From Thalia democratica (taxonomy: Eukaryota): a DNA stretch of 64,000 nt. The DNA is taken from positions 13,392,001 through 13,456,000 of the forward strand of contig OZ241831.1 of assembly GCA_965202585.1 (NCBI GenBank), read 5' to 3'. A model generated the notes under the pieces. That model made no database searches. It saw only the letters and a list, made by a program, of their open reading frames with translations, and was not told where the DNA came from. The position numbers and the translations under genes were made by a program. The number at the start of each line of letters is the position of its first letter. Within the stretch, counting starts at the first letter, position 1. Of this stretch, positions 62,178 through 64,000 are shown in pieces.

Positions 62178-64000
62178 TTAAAACAAACACAGTAAGCAAA
62201 CAATATAAATAAAAATGTTGAACACTTTAATGTCATTTTTTCCAGCTGAACTGCATGTACTTCCCTTTTCAAGATAGTAATCAACTACCTGCAAGTAAAG
62301 TTAAACAAAATTTCAACTCTTTATACTAAAACTTTTTGTGTTTTAGAAATTAACAAAACTTTATAAAATATGTCTAGTGATTTTTTAGTAATAAAAAGTG
62401 TTATAAATGTATACAGTAAGTCATAATCTTTTAAGCGAATAATTTCAACAGTCATTTTGTGTTCTATCACAATTAAGAGCTTAAATCTACTTGTTTTGAT
62501 CGATAAAATGCCCCTACAGCTTTAAATTTCTCTATAATTAATGTTAAGCAAAAATTTCATAACTTAATAAACTAATCTGACCTTTTCGTTCGGATTATCT
62601 GTTCCTGGGCTGAACCACATAACCATGCAAGGTTCATCATTGAGCACAACTTTGAAGTCGTTGGGGTACAGCTTCTCGCATAAGTCCGTGTGAGTCGGAA
62701 ATATGTCTCTGAATCTCCTGCAGGTTTTTTCTTGGCTCTCAGGGCACCGGTTAAAGTCTAAATTATGAGTGTTTAAAAGATATAGGGTATGTTATTTATA
62801 TTTCGAATTTTGTTTGATATTATAAAAGCTAGTTTTTATTTTGTTAACGTTTTAAATATTTGTTAAAAATCTTTATTACAGAATTTATTTAAGTTTGCAT
62901 AAGCTTTTTTGCTTTACTTTATTTGTGTATCGACGTTTCGCTGGATCGAGTCGTTTTAGTTTTATTAATACTTCTTGCTTAAAAACGTAACAAACGTATT
63001 TAAAAAAATTAACAGTACTATCTTACGCTACACTTATACGGAACTATTAGCAAGGAGAAAAATACTAAACTGTAATGCAAAAAACAAATGTGTTTACTTA
63101 ATTTGTATTTTATTTGCTAAACTACCTTTTGACCAGTCCCATCCAGTGGACCAGTTTTCTTTGCACGTGTAATCGTCTTTACAGTCCTCCCACCACGCGT
63201 TGCACTCACTCAAGCACAGAGGCACGTTTTTATACCTTTGGTTTCTGTACGAATTTCCTTCCTAGTGACAAAAACTGTTACACTTTTAAGTTTTATTTTT
63301 CAACTTAATGGAGTTCCACAATTGAGGGTTCATTAACTAAATAAAGTGCATACTAACATTTAAAAAGTTGGAAGGAAAAACTAAGAAATAATATGTTTAT
63401 ATAAGATTGCAAAGTAAACGGTCCAAAGTAACTCTTTCTTTTAAATTTTTGCTTTAATTGTTGTTCTTATATATGCTTGAAGTATTTTTCAAGGAACAAA
63501 AGGTATGCTTATTTTTATTGGAACTTAATTTTAGAAAAACAAAAATAGTGGACAATTTTTAAACAAAACAACCAAAAATCTATATTTTTTGTCGTAGCTT
63601 AGATGAACGTAAGAGAAAACTTATAGGTTCTGTAATAAAAAAAAAAAAAACTGAAAAAAACAGTTATAGAAAAATATTTAAAAAAGCTGTTAAGTTATTT
63701 TTTTGTCCCAGGTAGCACGTTAACACGATTTCATTTCTCACGATTATAAATTCGAGATGTAGAGATTAATTTAAAACAAAAATTTAAGTTTAAACGAAAA
63801 AAAAAAAGGAACAACTGAACTCACATTGACGATCCAGGGTCCGGTGTTGGGAGAGCACTCGTAGAAGCAGTTGTCCTCGACGAAGTGCCGCCTGCACCTC
63901 TCGCTCATCGGGGCGTACGCGTCCGCGCAGTGGTCGTAGTTGAACCCGTACGTGTTGTCCCCGCCCTGCTGGTGGGCCTCGTACGAGGTGTTGGTCGTGC
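62178..64000 (-). CDS. folate receptor / riboflavin-binding protein family member, GPI-anchor type, 5' end beyond the window
   Basis: Exons from the window edge to 63825, then 63261-63126, 62757-62582 and 62288-62178, with consistent phases. Motifs CT.NTS.EAH...YGFNYDHC...C.RHF.ED.CFYECSPN.GPW, R..NVPLC..EC.AWWEDC...YTC..NW..GWDW, CMVMWF...NPNE.V..YY, and a hydrophobic C-terminal GPI-type tail. Confidence 0.93.

Overview
Very AT-rich eukaryotic (invertebrate metazoan) genomic DNA. A tunicate origin is plausible from gene content but is an inference. Five intron-containing genes can be reconstructed with consistent splice phases: (1) a divergent eIF2-alpha-kinase (PERK/PKR)-like kinase on + (exons 5030-14210), probably joined to upstream signal-peptide/ectodomain/transmembrane exons (3419-4180); (2) NDUFAF1/CIA30 on + (25725-32890); (3) a secreted short-collagen + F5/8C (discoidin) protein on - (38533-39990); (4) CSTF1/CstF-50 on + (47485-57928); (5) the 3' part of a GPI-type folate-receptor-family gene on - (62178 to beyond 64000). 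Introns and intergenic DNA are full of non-autonomous DNA transposons (hAT Buster- and Ac-type, TTAA-flanked, TA-flanked, MULE-like), two decayed LINE reverse transcriptases, a Penelope-like remnant with three minimal hammerhead motifs, a 15-bp minisatellite and a ~1.45-kb tandem duplication. Most listed ORFs are repeat artefacts or single exons. The most notable observations are the putative single-pass non-RD PERK-like kinase with a possible kinase-less isoform, a steep rise of GC3 with exon length in housekeeping genes, a predominance of GTT splice donors, a hAT element that captured a promoter-like 1.3-kb segment, and an unexplained structured GC island at about 42.9-43.3 kb.
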